A stretch of 63,947 nt of DNA, filler included, from Octopus bimaculoides (GCF_001194135.2; 6 parts of 6 records of this genome joined end to end with filler, not necessarily neighbours in it); one strand, 5' to 3'; positions 49,706-63,280 are shown, counted from the whole stretch's first letter. Notes: a model not told the origin generated them from the letters alone. Numbers and translations are program-made.

Positions 49706-50030
49706 TATCTATATATATAAAAATGAGAATGTGTGTCTGTCTGTCTGTCTGTCTGTGTGAATCCCTAAAACTCGAGAACTACGCAACCAATTTCATTCAA
49801 ATTTTACACATGCCTTACTTAGGGTTCCAGTTGTGTTTTAGTCAAAAAAAAATTATTAACTTCTTGCAGAGTTCGAGCACACGGCAACATAATATCTCCT
49901 CCACTATTTAAGTATTACGTGTCAAAAGTGAAACAAAAACACTCCTGTCAAATACTTTCACTTTAAAAATGAAACTATTCTACTAACTGAAACAATCACA
50001 TTTCGATACTGTAATGACAGATACTTTCAG
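49706..50030 (+). mobile_element. Helitron-like element 5' portion
   Basis: A|TCTATATATATAAAAatgagaatgtgtgtctgtctgtctg start and accaatttcattcaaattttacaca motif typical of non-autonomous Helitron heads. Confidence 0.65.
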
Positions 50031-50210
50031 AGAGAGAGAGAAAGAGAGAGAGAGAGATGTATATGTATACATATAGATGTATATGTNNNNNNNNNNNNNN
50101 NNNNNNNNNNNNNNNNNNNNNNNNNNNNNNTTAATTAATTAANNNNNNNNNNNNNNNNNNNNNNNNNNNNNNNNNNNNNNNNNNNNGTATGTGTGTGTTT
50201 GTGTGTGTGT

Positions 50211-50250
<40 letters not shown>

Positions 50251-50739
50251 GTAAGTATGTATATATATATATATACGTATGAATATATCCATATATATAT
50301 TATTTATATTATCATATGATTGAACGCCACGCATCCTCTTCCAAGTAAGTTTCATATTAGTAATTCTGATGAGCTCTCTATACGATATTTTTACTCTTTC
50401 GTTTTTCTCTCTTTCTCTCTTTTATTCTTTTATCTCCTCTCCTCCTAATATTCTATCCTATTTCTCGGTCACTCTCAGTCCTCCTCCTTTCTCACGTGGC
50501 TCCCACGTGACCACCGACCAACTTTCTTTCTTCTAACTTGTGTTTCTTTCTCTCCGTTGTAGCTGGAACAAGGAAGACGTGGTCTTCTCTGTCTCCTGGC
50601 CAAGCTTGATTTACGTGTTCGCCAGCACAACCTCGTTTATGCTTAGCAGTCCTTCCTGTTTGTTTTCTCTGTCCTGTTTGTGTTACTAATTTTTTACCCT
50701 CCGGAAAATTGAACTTTTTTTGAACAACGAAAAACACAA

Positions 50740-51000
50740 ACAGAGAACAGAGACATGCAACATAAAGAACATTCCCTTCATTTACTCTTTTTCATCTACT
50801 ACGCGTTTCGAAGGCAAGGACAATACGTGACTTCGTTGAAACAGTCCTTCCCGCAAAGCAAATTAAATAAAATTTGGGATTTTTTGCGGGGGGTGAAAGT
50901 GGTAACAAAAATAGGACAGTTAGAACAAGACAGTAAAAACAAACGATGACGGCTGTTAACCCAAGACGATGTGAAAAATTATGAACGCTAGAAAGACGAG
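50740..51000 (-). repeat. Dispersed repeat, possibly a PLE tail; homolog at 54330-54640
   Basis: Shared cataaagaac...cccttcat and aaataaaatttgggattt blocks at the same relative spacing. Confidence 0.5.
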
Positions 51001-51247
51001 CTATGAGAAGAGACAGGTAAAGGCACACCTTGTCATTACGAAGGAAGTGCAAGAAAGGAAGTGGAAGAAAGGAAGATAGATCGCCTTTCGTCACGTGTCA
51101 GCGGCGAGAGCGTCAAGGAGGAAGAGTGAGAGAGAGGGAACTGTGAAGGAGAGAGGAGAAGAATAGGGAAAGGATAGGAGAGAAAAACAGAAAGGAAGAA
51201 GAACGCACACACATATATACATGTCTTAAAGTCATTGAAAGATATGT

Positions 51248-51278
<31 letters not shown>

Positions 51279-52964
51279 CATTTACATACAAAAGCAAACA
51301 TTTATACGTACGAATATAAACATATATTGCAGAGTAATTATATGAGGGTGCATATGAGATAATATAAATGGGAAAGTAGATTAATATATATGCATGCGTA
51401 TATCTGTCTCTATGTGTATGCAGGTTTGGGAAAGAAGACTTAGGCTATTGTATTAGCTTAAATCGCTCACAAACACACACACATACACACACATGTTCGT
51501 GCGCGTGCTTGCGGTACGGTCATGTTTCCTTTCTGAGAGAGCGAGAGAGAATTGATAGGGGCGATACTGTCACCAAGCTTGTATGCAATTCCATCTGAGC
51601 AGAGCGAAATAAACATGCACTGAGAAGTCTGGATCCAGGACAAAATTCACTGTCCGGCACAGAAATCGAATCCTGCCCACAGCATTAAGAGTCGAACATT
51701 CGAGCCAACAGACAACGGTCCTTCACACTTCTAAAATATTAAGTGTGTGTGTGTGTGTGTGTGTGTGTATACATGCGCATGTGTGTGAGTGCGTGCATGC
51801 GTGTGTGTGTGTGTGCGCGTGTTACGCATCTGATTTACTTTCTCGTTAAAGAAATATTCTAAAATTGTCTTCAAATGAAATCAATTTCTTCTTCGAAGTA
51901 GTATTATTTTCTTACTCTTAGCGACGTTCCATTTTTGCATGTATTGAAATGGTTGTATTGACGAAGAAACGAGCGACCATGTTTGTGATATATTTATTAG
52001 GAAGCAAGACAGAAACAAACAAAAACAGAGGGTATCCTCTGGGGAAATTCTTAGTTTCTTTTCGGTATGGTTGATTACTTTATATAGATTAATGTTCCAA
52101 AATATCACATTAAGAAAGGGAAAGCAGACACCAAAAATGTTATAGTGCCTTGACGTTTGCAACCGATCGTATGTATGATCAGACTTGACTACTAAATTAC
52201 CATTTCGTGTTTCTTTTCTGGATATTCTCTTATCGTGTCTATTTTATGTAGAGATTTATTCAAAGTTTTTTCAGAACGAGAGAACAAAGTAAAGGAGGAA
52301 AAATGAGAACAGATTAAATTACGCAATGAAAGTCTTGGATTGCAGATTCAGTGGAAGAATTATGTAGAAGTTATAATACAAATATGTAGAGTATAGAAAA
52401 TACTATCCATAGAAATTAGAGGTTTGTAGAATGAAGGAAATAGCGAATATTTAAGCACAAATACAAAAGGGACACAATAACTAAACATAATTACAGAACA
52501 TATACATGTATGTACGTCANNNNNNNNNNNNNNNNNNNNNNNNNNNNNNNNNNNNNNNNNNNNTTAATTAATTAANNNNNNNNNNNNNNNNNNNNNNNNN
52601 NNNNNNNNNNNNNNNNNNNAACAGTTGAAACTTGACAAAATTCACACCAAACAGCAACAAAAAGGACAGAAACAACTCACTAAACTAGGCAGAAGCAATT
52701 CAAATCAATACGACGAGCCGGAAGTAGCCTGCCAGCTGGTTAAAGAAGCCTGTTTAGCCCTCGCAAACTTATATAATCATAGTGAAGTTTATTCACTGAT
52801 TAGCAAAACTAGAAATATAATATTTCTAAATCTCTCAGAGAGATTTAAGCAGTAGTGGAGCGATATATATATATATATATATATATATTTGGGGTGGTTT
52901 ATGCATGTATACATCTATCTATATATGTATGAATGTACATACATGCATACATACATACGTACGT

Positions 52965-53080
52965 ACGTACGTGAAATGGAGTGTTTTTCTCAAGAACACA
53001 ACGCCCGGTTAGTGAATCGAAACCGCGATCGTGCGATTGTTACTGCAACAACCCAACCACGAGGCCATGCGGCTACACAG
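52965..53080 (-). mobile_element. SINE family C head fragment
   Basis: gtgtttttctcaagaacacaacgcccgg...gaatcgaaacc...aaccacgaggccatgcg. Confidence 0.65.
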
Positions 53081-53666
53081 ATCATAATGAAGTGGATAGA
53101 GTCTCCTAGCAAACACAGAGTAGAAAACATGAGAATTAAGTGGAGAAAATACGGTACACTGTGAGAGGAATACAGGGAGGAAGATAAAGCATATGCGACA
53201 GAGAAAGGGGGAGGCATATTGTTTGAATGCGTAAGAGTGTTGGGTGTGGGTGAGAGGGAGTGGGAAAGACATACAGAGATATAAAGCGGGGGAGAGTGTC
53301 AGGGGCAGTGAGAAGCAAACGCTGGTTTGCTGAGTTAGCAACGTAATAGCAATGCAACGCTATCTCACACGTAATCCTACACATGCCCGGAAGATTGCTT
53401 CAGCTGTAACGAGGAAGTGGGGGTTGAGGAAAAGGAAAAGATGAGGAAGAAGCGGCAGGGAATATCGATGAAGAAGGAGGGGAAGAGGAAAGGGTGAGGG
53501 AAAGTTGGGTGGAGAAGGGTAGGAAGACTGGAATTATTTGGCTGGTCATTATTCTCGGAAAGGTCTGCTAGGGAGAGGCACATGTACCAATTCCTTCAGG
53601 ACGATACTTAAATTTTTAAATTTATTTCGAAGTAATGTTGAAAAATGGAATCACAAAGGAATATAT

Positions 53667-53701
<35 letters not shown>

Positions 53702-54329
53702 NNNNNNNNNNNNNNNNNNNNNNNNNNNNNNNNNNNNNNNNNNNNNNNNNNNNNNNNNNNNNNNNNNNNNNNNNNNNNNNNNNNNNNNNNNNNNNNNNNN
53801 NNNNNNNNNNNNNNNNNNNNNNNNNNNNNNNNNNNNNNNNNNNNNNNNNNNNNNNNNNNNNNNNNNNNNNNNNNNNNNNNNNNNNNNNNNNNNNNNNNNN
53901 NNNNNNNNNNNNNNNNNNNNNNNNNNNNNNNNNNNNNNNNNNNNNNNNNNNNNNNNNNNNNNNNNNNNNNNNNNNNNNNNNNNNNNNNNNNNNNNNNNNN
54001 NNNNNNNNNNNNNNNNNNNNNNNNNNNNNNNNNNNNNNNNNNNNNNNNNNNNNNNNNNNNNNNNNNNNNNNNNNNNNNNNNNNNNNNNNNNNNNNNNNNN
54101 NNNNNNNNNNNNNNNNNNNNNNNNNNNNNNNNNNNNNNNNNNNNNNNNNNNNNNNNNNNNNNNNNNNNNNNNNNNNNNNNNNNNNNNNNNNNNNNNNNNN
54201 NNNNNNNNNNNNNNNNNNNNNNNNNNNNNNNNNNNNNNNNNNNNNNNNNNNNNNNNNNNNNNNNNNNNNNNNNNNNNNNNNNNNNNNNNNNNNNNNNNNN
54301 NNATATATATATATATATATATATACATA

Positions 54330-54640
54330 TATGGGTACAGGACATGACCAACAGTAAACAACATGAAATACGAAAACAAATGAGTTCAATACGCAAACAA
54401 TGAGAGAAACAAATGGAAGACAGGACAAGTAACATAAAGAACGACCCTTCATCAGTTATCGGCTGTCCATCTATTCCCTATTTCGAGAATTGAATGACAA
54501 TATAAGTCTTCGAAGACAGTTGCTCCTATAAATACCAAAATAAAATTTGGGATTTATGGAGGATCAAAGTTGAGAACAGAAAAGGACAGTGGAGACACAC
54601 AAGGAATCTGAATGCAAACAAATATGGAGGGTCGGTAGAC
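54330..54640 (-). repeat. Dispersed repeat, possibly a PLE tail; homolog at 50740-51000
   Basis: Contains aactgatgaaggg on the minus strand plus the shared blocks. Confidence 0.5.
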
Positions 54641-55156
54641 CAGAACGAGGGTAAGATAGCAAACGCTGGGGAAATATTTTCTTTGACAAGAGAAAAGATA
54701 GAAGAGAGAGATATAGAATACGTGCAGTCCTTAGGACAGCCATGAAAGAAAAGAAAGATAATCACGTGGGGGAAAGAAAGATGGACGATGGTCACATGTG
54801 AGTAACGAGAGGGAGTAAAAGAGAAAGAGGGAGTAAAAGAGAAAGAGAGAGAGAGAGACAGATAGAAAACGGTGAAGAGGAGAAAAAAGGGAATTAGAGA
54901 AAGGATGAGAGAAAACAGTATAGAGTAGAGTCGCATCAAAAAAGAGAATATATCTATATATATACACAGTTCTTTAATATCTTCAGATAATCAAAGCCTC
55001 ACACACATAAGAAAGAATATATACATACATCTGAAACAACACTAAACAAACAACCAAATAATCCAAAACTCATACCCGTAAGAGAGAATATATACATATA
55101 TCTGAAACAAAACAAAACCAAGAGAAGAGAAAGAAAAAAAAAAAGAAAACAAAACC

Positions 55157-58100
55157 ATGGCGACTAACTTGTAGATTTAAAACAAACAAAATTGGTCTGA
55201 TAATGAAATTGACCTCCTAATAAGGTCATGGTTTTCTCTCTCCCAAACAGAAAACATAAACACTTCGTGTCTAAATGAGATTGCCGAAAAAACAATGCAA
55301 ACACTCAAAACATGAAGTGTTAAGCAGATTTCCAGCAAACTAAAACATATCCAAGTTTCCTTCAATCTAATTCAGGGTCATCGGCCAGGAAATCGTGAAC
55401 AGCAACAAGCTAAATGACATCAACAACAGTCAGAAAATCAGGGACAGCAACAACAGCAGGAAGCGACGCTCCTAAATTCCAGCACAATAGCTGATCGACT
55501 GAACGATAGTACCGCTTCACCTCTCCCTCTCCCTCTCCCTCTCCCTCTCTCTCTGGCGCATCACTCTCACAACAGCCACCACAGTTATCACTGTCGACAT
55601 CTTCATCGTCATCACCACCGCTTCCACCATCGTCTTCTACCACTTCAAATACTAAAAATTAAACCGCTACTTTCTTCCCCCAATCGCCATCACAATCCTA
55701 CTGTAGTATAAAAAACCCAAAAAAAATCTATGAAGCAGAATGTGAAACCCCAAAATATGCCGTTCTTCCCTACGTTACAGGCCCTGCACACATAGTGACT
55801 GCATCTTTACACATCCACCTGGCACTAGACGCACAATCCAGACAAACATTACCAGCCAAGGCCAAAGCACGCATCCCACAATAACATCAACATCGACAAC
55901 ACCAAATAGTAAATTGATTGTTAAAACACGCATAACACGGAATCCCAGAATTTGCCGTTGTTCCCAACGCGAGAAACTATGTCTGCTGCGCCACTCTCCC
56001 TTCACTCATCTTCGAGGGTCTCTACGTACTAACGGGAACGGGGCTTCAAGCCAACACGCAAATCATAGTAAAAACACCCCCCTACTGGAGTAATGCTGGT
56101 CCAGTCTTTTCACGAAGACACAAAAACAACTACTACAACAACAACAAAAGCCACAACAAGATCGGAAACGACAACCCTATCCAACAGTGCAACCACACCT
56201 CCAGTCAAAAACTTCTCCCTAAGCAAGAAAATTCTTTTTTATCCATATTGAACCTGGCAAAAGAGATACAAAAACAAACTTTTAGCAATCACTCAATACC
56301 ATCCTATGTTATTACTCCAGTGCACCAACTCCCCACATTGCTGTCACTAACACACAATGACAAAAAACGTCCCCTGCAACAGTCAAAGCCAGCCACTACG
56401 CTAGCCTTCACATTTCTACTCAATGAACAAGGTGTCAATCCTTCCGTCAATGCACAAAAATGGAAGATCCAATTCATTGAGGATTGTTGGTAACCGTCCA
56501 CACCACATCCCTTTCTTCATTCTTAATGAGACTCACCTTGACAACTCTCAATTGGAAGCCGAAGGGAAAGTGAAGAATTTCACGGCCATCCGCGCGGATC
56601 GAGTCGACAGACGGAAGGGTGGAACTGCCATATTTCTGCATGGTTCCTTTTCGGCAAATGGAATATCACATTCTCTAATGGTTACTATGAATCAGTCACC
56701 GTGCACGACAAAACCAATAATCTGATAGTAGTCGGGCTGTATAGGTCGCCTCAAACGCCCGTACTGCGCTTTAAAGAATGCCTCAACAGCATTAAGTGCT
56801 TTATTCAACAGTGCCATTCTAGTAACATACTTATGATTGGGAGATTTTAATCTACCCTGTGTTGATTGGTCTACAAACAGTTTGAAACCAAGCACGCCCG
56901 CCTCAACTGCTGACAAGGAAGCAGTAGAGTCACTTCTCGATTTTATGAATGAGATTTTCTTGTCCCAATTTGTCCTTGCACCAACAAGATATCAGAACAT
57001 TTTAGACCTAATGTTTAGTAACCACTCTAACACTATTCATATTACAGTGGGAAAATCCCTTCTTTCAGACCATGACATGGTTCTCTGTAACTTGAGATGC
57101 CACCAGCTGAAAGCTAACCCTCGTGACCTCTCTCCAGCCCACCCATTTCATAACATGGATCTCTATAATGCCGACCGGGACGCAATCACGAACGAGCTAT
57201 CAACTATTGACAGATCTTTCACACATGCACACACCTCCTCCAGCATCAAAATATCTTGGCAGGTTTTTGTAGGAACTGTTACAAAAATATATGCAAAACA
57301 CATCCCACCAAGACCTGTGAACAAAACTAAGTGCATAATTCCCCAAAACAGAAAAACTAGTATCAGAAAAATAAAAAGAACAAAACTTAACAAACTAAAA
57401 TATTGCCAATAACCACACATATATTCGACGGCTATTACTCTGCTCGAATCAGAAAAATATTACCTCAGCAATACACGAAATAACCAATGAACAACTGAAG
57501 AAATATAAGCCATTGAGAAATCAAACTCAACCCCAAAGTGTTCTCTTTTGTGACAAAACACAAGCTCACTGTCTCCACTGTTGGCCCTCTAACTGATGAA
57601 AATGGCACTCAACATGAGTGAGATACTGCAGAAACAATACTGCTCTGTTTTCAGTAATTCTGATATGGTCGATCTGGGCTGTAACAGTGATGTTAATCCC
57701 CAACACACTATATCAGACATAACGTTTGCCCCCACCCCACCGATGTGTTAGCGGCAATAAACGAAATTAGACACAATTCAGCAGTAGGCCCTGATTGGTT
57801 CCCTGCTTGTGTCCTGAAGGTGTGTCGACACCAACTTGCATGTCCTCTTGCTAATTTGTGGAGGAAATCACTGGATGCCGGCTATATTCCTGAAAACTTT
57901 CTGTTCCAATCTGCTGTCTCAGTTTTCAAAGAGGGAAGCAGGTCCCTTGCAGTGAACTCCCGTCCGATCTCACTCACCTCTCATATCATCAATGTATTCG
58001 AGAGAGTGGTGAGATCACGAATAACTCACTTTCTTGAAAGCAATAGACTGCTGAGCCCCAAACAACATGGGTTCCGTAAAGGAAGGAACTGCCTAACACA

Positions 58101-58365
58101 GCTCCTACATCAGTTTGATGACATTTTGAGAGCTTTGGGAGAGGGCTCCAACACCGATGTCATCTTCCTTGATTTCAGCAAGGATTTTGACAGGGTTGAT
58201 TACAAAATTCTCTTGAAAAAAAACTATCCAACTTTGGTGTCTCTGAAAAGTTACTACAATGGATCGAGTGTCACCTAACAGACAGAACCCAACACATTGT
58301 AGTGGAGGGAGTAAAATCAAGCCCTGCGAAAGTCAGTAGTTGTATTCCACAAGGCACTGTATTGA
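55157..58365 (+). mobile_element. CR1-like LINE, degenerate: putative ORF1 (Myb/SANT-like + CCCH), APE endonuclease, RT truncated at QG motif
   Basis: FILNETHL, ADRVDRRKGGTAIF, GLYRSP, MGDFNLP, NILDLMF, SDH (APE); GPD, RPISLTS, QHGFRKGRNCLTQL, FLDFSKDFDRV, IPQGTVL (RT). Confidence 0.92.
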
Positions 58366-59299
58366 AAAGAGGATACCCTGAAACTCCCATACTGCCTCCC
58401 TTCCTAAATACACGTGAACTGTTGGCCACTTTTTCCTCCGTCATCCTTCTCTTTTGGATGATGTAGAGGAGGAGGGGAGGAGGAGAAAGGAGGGGGAGAA
58501 AGGAGGAGGAGAAAGGAAGAGGAGAAAGGAGGAGGAGAAAGGAGGAGGAGAAAGGAGGAGGAGAGGGGNNNNNNNNNNNNNNNNNNNNNNNNNNNNNNNN
58601 NNNNNNNNNNNNNNNNNNNNNNNNNNNNNNNNNNNNNNNNNNNNNNNNNNNNNNNNNNNNNNNNNNNNNNNNNNNNNNNNNNNNNNNNNNNNNNNNNNNN
58701 NNNNNNNNNNNNNNNNNNNNNNNNNNNNNNNNNNNNNNNNNNNNNNNNNNNNNNNNNNNNNNNNNNNNNNNNNNNNNNNNNNNNNNNNNNNNNNNNNNNN
58801 NNNNNNNNNNNNNNNNNNNNNNNNNNNNNNNNNNNNNNNNNNNNNNNNNNNNNNNNNNNNNNNNNNNNNNNNNNNNNNNNNNNNNNNNNNNNNNNNNNNN
58901 NNNNNNNNNNNNNNNNNNNNNNNNNNNNNNNNNNNNNNNNNNNNNNNNNNNNNNNNNNNNNNNNNNNNNNNNNNNNNNNNNNNNNNNNNNNNNNNNNNNN
59001 NNNNNNNNNNNNNNNNNNNNNNNNNNNNNNNNNNNNNNNNNNNNNNNNNNNNNNNNNNNNNNNNNNNNNNNNNNNNNNNNNNNNNNNNNNNNNNNNNNNN
59101 NNNNNNNNNNNNNNNNNNNNNNNNNNNNNNNNNNNNNNNNNNNNNNNNNNNNNNNNNNNNNNNNNNNNNNNNNNNNNNNNNNNNNNNNNNNNNNNNNNNN
59201 NNNNNNNNNNNNNNNNNNNNNNNNNNNNNNNNNNNNNNNNNNNNNNNNGTGTGTGTGTGTGTGTGTGTGTGCATGTGCGTGTGCGTGTGTGTGTGTGTG

Positions 59300-59503
59300 T
59301 GTGTTTGTCCCCCCAACATCGCTTGACAACCGATGCTGGTGTGTTTACGTCCCCGTAACTTAGCGGTTCGGCAAAAGTGACCGATAGAATAAGTACTAGG
59401 CTTACAAAGAATAAGTCTTGGGGTCGATTTGATTCGACTAAAGGCAGTGCTCCAGCATGGCCGCAGTCAAATGACTGAAACAAGTAAAAGAGTAAAAGAG
59501 TAA
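59300..59503 (+). mobile_element. SINE family A 3' half, near-consensus
   Basis: catcgcttgacaaccgatgctggtgtgtttacgtccccgtaacttagcgg...cagtcaaatgactgaaacaagtaaaagag. Confidence 0.92.
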
Positions 59504-59756
59504 GGGAGTCGGACTTGGAAATATACATAAAGGGGGTAAAAACAGGAAGTAAATAAGAGGGAGAAGGGGAGAGGGACTGGAAGGAAGGAAGGAAGGAAGG
59601 AAGGACTATAATCAGGAAGAGGAAGAAGTGAGAGAGGGACAAATATACTAAGAGATAGACAAACAGAAAAAGACAGACAGACAGACGGAAAACAGATGGA
59701 GAGACATAAAGAGCGACAGTCAGACAGTTAAGGGTGGAATGTGTGTGTGTATTGTG

Positions 59757-59795
<39 letters not shown>

Positions 59796-59940
59796 TGAGA
59801 AAGAGAGAAAGGAAAAGAAATAGTTGAGTATATGAACAAGGAAAAGGAAAACAAAAGACAAAGAAAACATAATAGAAAAAGAGGGAGAAAAAAAGCGAGG
59901 TGTCTATTCTTTTTCTTTCCTGCTTCAGATCATGTTTATA

Positions 59941-59942
59941 TA

Positions 59943-60011
<69 letters not shown>
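59941..60011. repeat. (TAA)n microsatellite
   Basis: Direct inspection. Confidence 0.98.
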
Positions 60012-60014
<3 letters not shown>

Positions 60015-61519
60015 TGGGAAATTTAATAAAAAACAAATGTTAGAATTAGCAGTTTTTCCTTCTTTCGTGAAAAACTAGTCTCATGGAAAGAAGCTTTTAG
60101 CTTGTGGAAGGAATGCTGTGTTTCTTAAATGTTCCACTTCTCTCTCTAAGACAAACTGAGTAGCCTAAATNNNNNNNNNNNNNNNNNNNNNNNNNNNNNN
60201 NNNNNNNNNNNNNNNNNNNNNNNNNNNNNNNNNNNNNNNNNNNNNNNNNNNNNNNNNNNNNNNNNNNNNNNNNNNNNNNNNNNNNNNNNNNNNNNNNNNN
60301 NNNNNNNNNNNNNNNNNNNNNNNNNNNNNNNNNNNNNNNNNNNNNNNNNNNNNNNNNNNNNNNNNNNNNNNNNNNNNNNNNNNNNNNNNNNNNNNNNNNN
60401 NNNNNNNNNNNNNNNNNNNNNNNNNNNNNNNNNNNNNNNNNNNNNNNNNNNNNNNNNNNNNNNNNNNNNNNNNNNNNNNNNNNNNNNNNNNNNNNNNNNN
60501 NNNNNNNNNNNNNNNNNNNNNNNNNNNNNNNNNNNNNNNNNNNNNNNNNNNNNNNNNNNNNNNNNNNNNNNNNNNNNNNNNNNNNNNNNNNNNNNNNNNN
60601 NNNNNNNNNNNNNNNNNNNNNNNNNNNNNNNNNNNNNNNNNNNNNNNNNNNNNNNNNNNNNNNNNNNNNNNNNNNNNNNNNNNNNNNNNNNNNNNNNNNN
60701 NNNNNNNNNNNNNNNNNNNNNNNNNNNNNNNNNNNNNNNNNNNNNNNNNNNNNNNNNNNNNNNNNNNNNNNNNNNNNNNNNNNNNNNNNNNNNNNNNNNN
60801 NNNNNNNNNNNNNNNNNNNNNNNNNNNNNNNNNNNNNNNNNNNNNNNNNNNNNNNNNNNNNNNNNNNNNNNNNNNNNNNNNNNNNNNNNNNNNNNNNNNN
60901 NNNNNNNNNNNNNNNNNNNNNNNNNNNNNNNNNNNNNNNNNNNNNNNNNNNNNNNNNNNNNNNNNNNNNNNNNNNNNNNNNNNNNNNNNNNNNNNNNNNN
61001 NNNNNNNNNNNNNNNNNNNTATATATATATATATATACAAATATATATATATATATATATACCCATACATGCGTATAAACATGCGTGCGTATGTATGTGT
61101 GTATGTATATATGTACATTTATATGTATGCATGTATCTATCTATCTATATTATGTATTTATATATATATAACATGCATGCACACATATATATAAAGTATA
61201 TACTCATCATACAACATGCATGCATACATACAAACATATATGCTTACATACATGCACACACACACACACACACACGCACACACACACACACACACGCACA
61301 CACATANNNNNNNNNNGCGTGCATATTTATATATATATATATATATATATATACTTATGGGCATACATCTATGTTTATTTATACATCAGTATACATACAC
61401 ATACACGCGCACAGACACACACACAAATATGCATGTCCAAATATATACAGTCATTCACACATACATACATACATATATACGCACATATGTACGTATATGC
61501 ATTACATTATAGCATATAA

Positions 61520-61748
61520 TATTGGTTTAAAATTTTGGCACTAGGCCGGCAAGTTCGGGGAAAGTGGTGAGTCGATTTCATCGACTCCCCCCCCCCCAGT
61601 GCTCAAATGGTATTTATTTTATCGAACCCGAAAGGATGAAAAGCAAAAATCTGAGCTCGGTGGAATTTGAGCTCAGAACCCTAAGACAGACGTAATGCCG
61701 CTAAGCGTTTGTCCGGCGCGCTAAGCGTTCCTGCAAGATCACCGCCTT
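61520..61748 (-). mobile_element. SINE family B
   Basis: ttggtttaaaattttggcac...atcgaacccgaaaggatgaaaagcaaa...ttgagctcagaac...gctaagcg. Confidence 0.85.
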
Positions 61749-61884
61749 TTTTTTTATTATATTATATCGTATTATATTATATTATGTAGAAAACATGGCT
61801 TTATGGGTAAGAAACNNNNNNNNNNGTGTGTGTGTGTGTGTGTGTGTGCGTGTGTGTGCGTGTGTGTGTGTGTGTGTGTATGTC

Positions 61885-62145
61885 CGTGTGTGTGTTTTGC
61901 CCCACCATGACTGCCACTTTTTGACAACCAATGTTAGCCTGTTTACCTCTCCACCACGACTACTACCGTTTGACAACCGGTGTTGGTTTGTTTATGTCCC
62001 CGTAACACTAAACTAGCAGTTCGATAAAAGACACCGATAGAGTACGTACGAGAAATAAGTACCGGAGTAGATTTGTTCAACTAAAAGACTTCGAAGGGAT
62101 GCTCCAACATGGGCGCAGTCCAATAACCTTAAACAAATAAAAGAA
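61885..62145 (+). mobile_element. SINE family A-like 3' half, diverged
   Basis: tttgacaaccggtgttggtttgtttatgtccccgtaac...gctccaacatgggcgcagtc. Confidence 0.75.
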
Positions 62146-62509
62146 GACAAATGAAGATATATTTCCCATTCATACCGACAATTATTGATGCACTTTTGTA
62201 AGTCTATAAATGTTTGCGGTTCAGACTAAAAAAGTGAACAGCTAACACAAACTACCCATATATAATCTGTAAAATGAACAGCAAAAAGTATGTAAGACTT
62301 TACTAAAGTTCAGCATGCAAACATTAATCTTATTTGCTATAGCAGTTTCCAATGATGGGAGATTTGTCTCTCTGTAAGAAACTATCTCTTTCGCGGTGGA
62401 AACGATTCAAAGAACACACTGACATACAGACATACAAGTACATTCGTAAATACATATACATGTATATACACACATACATGCATATTTGTAAACATGCTTA
62501 CCATATACA

Positions 62510-62553
<44 letters not shown>

Positions 62554-62620
62554 CCAGATGTATACACTCTCGTAAGCAATGTTGTACACAATGGAAAGAT
62601 ATGCTATATACAGATAAGGA

Positions 62621-62665
<45 letters not shown>

Positions 62666-62766
62666 NNNNNNNNNNNNNNNNNNNNNNNNNNNNNNNNNNN
62701 NNNNNNNNNTTAATTAATTAANNNNNNNNNNNNNNNNNNNNNNNNNNNNNNNNNNNNNNNNNNNNA

Positions 62767-63280
62767 TTCTTGACTTAATACTGGAAATGTACTGATCTTC
62801 AAAAGGTTTCTAATCCTGAGTAATTGTCTTATACCCATAATAGTATTTATGGCAAAAATTACCTGTATTTCTTCTATGGTTGTGGGAAACCACAAGCTGT
62901 CTTTTTTTCCAGTTTGTTTATATTCTGCGTAACGGTTTGTTTCTGCATTTCAAACAAGCTTACTGGAAAAAATAAGAGAAAAGGGTCTAACGGTTTCGCT
63001 TCCTGAGAAGGACGATGAGTAGACCCTGTCTCCTCAGAAAAATTGTTAATAAAAATATTTTTAAAACTTCTTACTCCNNNNNNNNNNATTCAGGTGTAAA
63101 ATCGACCTCACTGTCGCTATCACCGCTTTCAGTTTCTTTACAATCGCTGCTTTCAGTTTCAGATACAGAATTATCTGATTCATTCTCATACACAACATGC
63201 TTTTGTACTTCACTCATTCTTTTTCTCGATTTCTCCATATTTTCAGTTGAAAAACCCTCATTCGGAATCACTGCTTGATA
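62767..63280 (-). mobile_element. piggyBac (PGBD-like) transposase N-terminal remnant
   Basis: Acidic SDNSVSETESSD...DSDSEVDF, then PLDPFLLFF, ETNRYA, WFPTTIEEIQVIFAINTIMGIRQL. Confidence 0.8.

Noticed and set aside
50492-50510. Paired E-boxes forming an 8-bp hairpin (tcacgtgg-ctc-ccacgtga)
   Set aside because: Short, lies within probable repeat DNA, no promoter context
521-62624. Dozens of track ORFs rich in HT, YI, CV, ER or X
   Set aside because: Translations of microsatellites and N gaps, not coding
30547-62765. TTAATTAATTAA palindrome recurring five times at a fixed distance from flanking DNA, like a regulatory or recombination site
   Set aside because: Always 44N + 12 bp + 44N = 100 bp with stops in all frames: an artificial scaffolding linker
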